The notes beneath the pieces were generated by a model. That model was not told where the DNA came from and ran no database searches. It worked only from the letters and a program-made list of their open reading frames with translations. 35,563 bases of DNA from Bacteroidota bacterium (lineage in GTDB: Bacteria > Bacteroidota > Bacteroidia > Bacteroidales > UBA10428), in NCBI GenBank assembly GCA_029268165.1, contig JAJUGM010000001.1, positions 1 to 35,563 on the forward strand. The letters are read 5' to 3'. Each line of letters starts with the position of its first letter. The first letter of the stretch is position 1. This document shows, one piece after another, positions 32,552 to 35,563 of the stretch. A program made the position numbers and the translations under genes.

Positions 32552-33604
32552 TTATTTTATCAGCTTATCGGTATATACTTTACCATCAGCATAGCTGATT
32601 CTCACCATATAAGCTCCTTTAGCAAGGTCAGCAGTATTAATCTGCAAAAGCTGCCTGTTATCATTTTTCACAGTTTGTATCATTTTACCCGTCATGTCAA
32701 ATATATCAACATAGCTAATATTGGCCGCATTGTTAATATTTAACTGATTAAAAACAGGATTGGGATACATCTGGTAAGGTTTTGGCTGAACATCAGCTAC
32801 TCCACTCTGGCCAGGGCATTCAGGATTCATCTTTAATACCCAGCGTAATGAATTTTTTAGCACTAAATAAAACGTATCCGTAGCATGTTCCAGAAAATCG
32901 TGATGTACACCCCATGCTACCATTCTTTTGGTAATGGTGTTTTCTTCAATTTTCCATAAAAAGGTTTTCAGGTTAGCGGGCACTTCAGCATTGTCCACCA
33001 GATATTTGTTATTGGCCAGAATTGTTGAACTTGATACAATAGCAGCCTGATCATTTACAGCATCTTTCAGGTCAAATGATTGAACATGGGCTTCACCTGC
33101 GCCTGTCCCAATAGTGGTATTATAACCGTTTGTCCACTTAATTACTTCATCTGCGTCAAAGCATGAAAGAATATCACTGTTGTCTTTTACTACCATATCA
33201 GTGATACCCGGTAGCAGATCTGTTGTCTTTATTGAAGTGTACCAGTTGGTGCCTGTAACCTGGGTAAATAAAGGATGATCTCCTTTGTACAATGAATAGG
33301 CCTTTAAGCATACTGTCGGAAGCGGCCATCCGGCTGTACTGTATGCGGCAAAATTGCCGGAACCTCCGTTTTCAGTAAGAATAGCAGCATCATAATTACT
33401 GTAAGTTACCGTACCTGCTACAACATCATCTAGTATGACATGAGTTGCGGTAATACCTTCCATTCCGTCAATTTCATCCATAAATTTCTGAATAATTGAG
33501 TCGGCGCTCGGAAGGTTTGCACTTACAATCATTACTTTTTTGTCCTGTGCATAAAGAGCTGTAATACACAGAACCGTAATAAGCATAATGTAAAATTTTT
33601 TCAT
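32552..33604 (-). CDS. Secreted protein of unknown function with a C-terminal T9SS sorting domain
   Basis: 350 aa with a signal peptide (MKKFYIMLITVLCITALYAQ). The T9SS C-terminal domain spans 32555-32770 (MYPNPVFNQLNI...AKGAYMVRISYADGKVYTDKLIK). The N-terminal body of about 255 aa has no catalytic or binding motif I recognise. It shows an alternating beta/alpha-like pattern (KKVMIVSANLP, YDAAILTENGGSG). Confidence 0.8.
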   Translation of the reverse strand: MKKFYIMLITVLCITALYAQDKKVMIVSANLPSADSIIQKFMDEIDGMEGITATHVILDDVVAGTVTYSNYDAAILTENGGSGNFAAYSTAGWPLPTVCLKAYSLYKGDHPLFTQVTGTNWYTSIKTTDLLPGITDMVVKDNSDILSCFDADEVIKWTNGYNTTIGTGAGEAHVQSFDLKDAVNDQAAIVSSSTILANNKYLVDNAEVPANLKTFLWKIEENTITKRMVAWGVHHDFLEHATDTFYLVLKNSLRWVLKMNPECPGQSGVADVQPKPYQMYPNPVFNQLNINNAANISYVDIFDMTGKMIQTVKNDNRQLLQINTADLAKGAYMVRISYADGKVYTDKLIK

Positions 33605-33837
33605 AATCTATAAGTTTGGTTAATAAAAAATTCATTATAGCCAAATTAGCCATATTCCTATCAAAAATGGTGTTCAGATTATCCTAAATGGGGGGATAAA
33701 TTATCCTGGTCCTGCCGGGTAAATAATGTTTATAATTATTGACTGACGTGCATTTTAATAAAAAATCAGATGTTGATTTCTGCCTTTTAACCCAGTTTAC
33801 CTTACTGGTTAATGCACCGTAAATTCAGTATAATAAT

Positions 33838-33845
33838 TAATTTTG
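33838..33845 (+). promoter_or_regulatory. Match to the Bacteroidetes -7 promoter consensus TAnnTTTG upstream of the GH28 gene
   Basis: TAATTTTG overlaps the TTG (33843) that the ORF track uses as the start. This argues for a downstream ATG start at 33918 or 33939. Low specificity on its own. Confidence 0.3.
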
Positions 33846-33938
33846 TTTAGGGTGAAAAACATATTTTCACCATGCTGCTATTTTGATAACCATTTGAAAA
33901 TTACATCTATTCATCAGATGACACGATTTTATATTAAA

Positions 33939-35396
33939 ATGGAAAATTTTATAAGAAACAATTTTAGATTTCGGACGAGTATTTTGCTGCTTTTGATAAT
34001 CAGTTGCTCGGGTGAGATATACAAAGGCGAACGAGTAGCAAGGTTTTTAAATACTTCACAACAGATATCTTGGAATAGTATTAACACTATTCTGGATAGT
34101 ATCAAACCACCTGTTTTTCCTGATAAGTCTTATTCAATTATAGACTTTGGAGCTGTTGCCGGTGGTCAACACGATTGCACAGAAGCTATTAACAAGGCAA
34201 TTACAGTATGTCATGATGATTCAGGAGGCATTGTAATAGTTCCCGAAGGTACTTACCTTACAGGCGCTATTCATCTTAAGAGTAACGTCAATCTCCATCT
34301 GGAAAAAGGTGCCAGGTTGCTTTTTACCTGCGACAGGTCGAAATACCTTCCTCTTGTCCATACACGCTTTGAAGGCATGGAATGTATGAATTATTCGCCA
34401 TTTATTTATGCATACAAGCAACACAAAATTGCTGTAACAGGAGAGGGAACCATTGACGGACAGGGTCAATGCTGGTGGAGCTGGAAAGGCCCGTGGAACG
34501 GCCAGGTAGATCATCAATGGAAAGACTCAATGCCAAACCAGAAAGACGGAAACAAGATACTTCAGAAAATGGTTGAGGAAAACGTACCTTATAATCAAAG
34601 GATATTTGGTGAAGGATATTTTCTGCGCCCCAATTTTATACAGCCGTTCCTTTGCAGGCAGGTACTGATTGAGGGAATTAACATTGTCAACTCACCCATG
34701 TGGATTATTCATCCTGTGCTTTGTAATAATGTTATTGTCCGTAAGGTGAAGATAGAAAGCCTGGGACCTAACAATGACGGTTGTGATCCTGAATGTTCAA
34801 GGAATGTGTTAATTGAAGACTGTTACTTCAACACAGGCGATGATTGTATAGCCATTAAATCGGGGCGCAATAACGACGGAAGAAGAATTAATATACCGAG
34901 CGAGAATATAATTATTCGTAATTGCACCATGAAGGAAGGGCACGGAGGCATTGTCATCGGTAGTGAAGTTTCAGGAAATGTCCGTAATGTTTTTGCTGAA
35001 AACTGTTTTATGGATAGTCCTCATCTCGACCGCGCACTGAGAATTAAATCGAATTCCCTGCGCGGTGGCATTGTTGAAAATGTATTTGTAAGAAATATTG
35101 ATGTTGCCCAGGTGGGTGAAGCTGCTGTCCTTATTGATTTGTTTTATGGCCGAGAGACCGGAAACAACTTTCCGGTTGTACGGAAAATAACTGTTGAAAA
35201 CATGAACTGCAGGAAAAGTGATTATGCCATCCATATAAGAGCATACAAGGAACAACCTGTAAGTGAGTTATCAATTATTAACAGCACATTCCGTAATGTC
35301 TCCAAGGGTGTTTTGCTCGAAAATGCAGGACAAATCAATTTTGTGAATTCTTATATTTACGATACCAAAGGACAAATCATTGAAATCACAAAATAA
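33939..35396 (+). CDS. Glycoside hydrolase family 28 (polygalacturonase or rhamnogalacturonan hydrolase-like), probable lipoprotein
   Basis: All four GH28 signature blocks are present: NNDGCDPE, GDDCIAIKSG, GHGGIVIGSE and RIKS. The start is set at ATG 33939 because it yields a lipoprotein-type signal (MENFIRNNFRFRTSILLLLIISCSG). The track start at TTG 33843 adds 32 non-signal residues. Confidence 0.85.
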   Translation: MENFIRNNFRFRTSILLLLIISCSGEIYKGERVARFLNTSQQISWNSINTILDSIKPPVFPDKSYSIIDFGAVAGGQHDCTEAINKAITVCHDDSGGIVIVPEGTYLTGAIHLKSNVNLHLEKGARLLFTCDRSKYLPLVHTRFEGMECMNYSPFIYAYKQHKIAVTGEGTIDGQGQCWWSWKGPWNGQVDHQWKDSMPNQKDGNKILQKMVEENVPYNQRIFGEGYFLRPNFIQPFLCRQVLIEGINIVNSPMWIIHPVLCNNVIVRKVKIESLGPNNDGCDPECSRNVLIEDCYFNTGDDCIAIKSGRNNDGRRINIPSENIIIRNCTMKEGHGGIVIGSEVSGNVRNVFAENCFMDSPHLDRALRIKSNSLRGGIVENVFVRNIDVAQVGEAAVLIDLFYGRETGNNFPVVRKITVENMNCRKSDYAIHIRAYKEQPVSELSIINSTFRNVSKGVLLENAGQINFVNSYIYDTKGQIIEITK

Positions 35397-35413
35397 TCTA
35401 ATAATCAGCGGCA

Positions 35414-35563
35414 ATGAAAAGGCTGAATATTTTACTCATCTTTCTGCCCGGCTTTTTCAATTTATATGCTCAGCAATTGGCTTTTCCGGGCGCTGAGGGA
35501 TTCGGCAAATATACAACAGGCGGTCGTGGCGGCGTCGTTATTGAGGTTACCAATCTTAATGAC
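35414..35563 (+). CDS. Pectate lyase (PL1-like), 5' fragment truncated by the window end
   Basis: ATG 35414 opens a frame that runs to the window edge (50 codons): MKRLNILLIFLPGFFNLYAQQLAFPGAEGFGKYTTGGRGGVVIEVTNLND. It shows a signal peptide followed by the FPGAEGFG...TGGRGG...V..L.D N-terminal pattern typical of Bacteroidota pectate lyases. Only 50 aa are visible. Confidence 0.6.
   Translation, partial: MKRLNILLIFLPGFFNLYAQQLAFPGAEGFGKYTTGGRGGVVIEVTNLND

Overview
The window is an AT-rich Bacteroidota polysaccharide utilization locus (PUL) aimed at pectin, most likely rhamnogalacturonan. It is almost fully coding, with 16 supported CDSs and no rRNA, tRNA, CRISPR array, transposase, integrase or recognisable defence gene. 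The plus-strand run at 60-10447 is a tightly packed exo-glycosidase operon: an unresolved beta-propeller glycoside hydrolase, two GH2 enzymes and a GH106-like rhamnosidase. After a 386-bp structured gap comes a modular PL1 pectate lyase. The minus strand carries an AraC-family regulator followed by GH78 and GH127. An SGNH esterase is divergent from the AraC gene. A hybrid two-component sensor/regulator (HTCS) is divergent from a GH105-SusC-SusD unit. The window ends with a secreted protein of unknown function, a GH28 enzyme and the 5' end of another pectate lyase. Three proteins (PL1 lyase, SGNH esterase, unknown protein) end in type IX secretion (T9SS) sorting domains, so the host has both T9SS and Sus-like uptake. 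I found no clearly novel multi-gene system. The items most worth follow-up are the function-unknown T9SS cargo protein and a gap-free, roughly 222-bp imperfect palindrome. The palindrome lies in a non-coding stretch of about 515 bp enclosed by two intrinsic terminators. Other candidates are structured or palindromic DNA upstream of the lyase and the GH78 gene, and the GH78-GH127 pairing, which recalls rhamnogalacturonan-II degradation. All family calls come from motifs read by eye, and no database search was possible.
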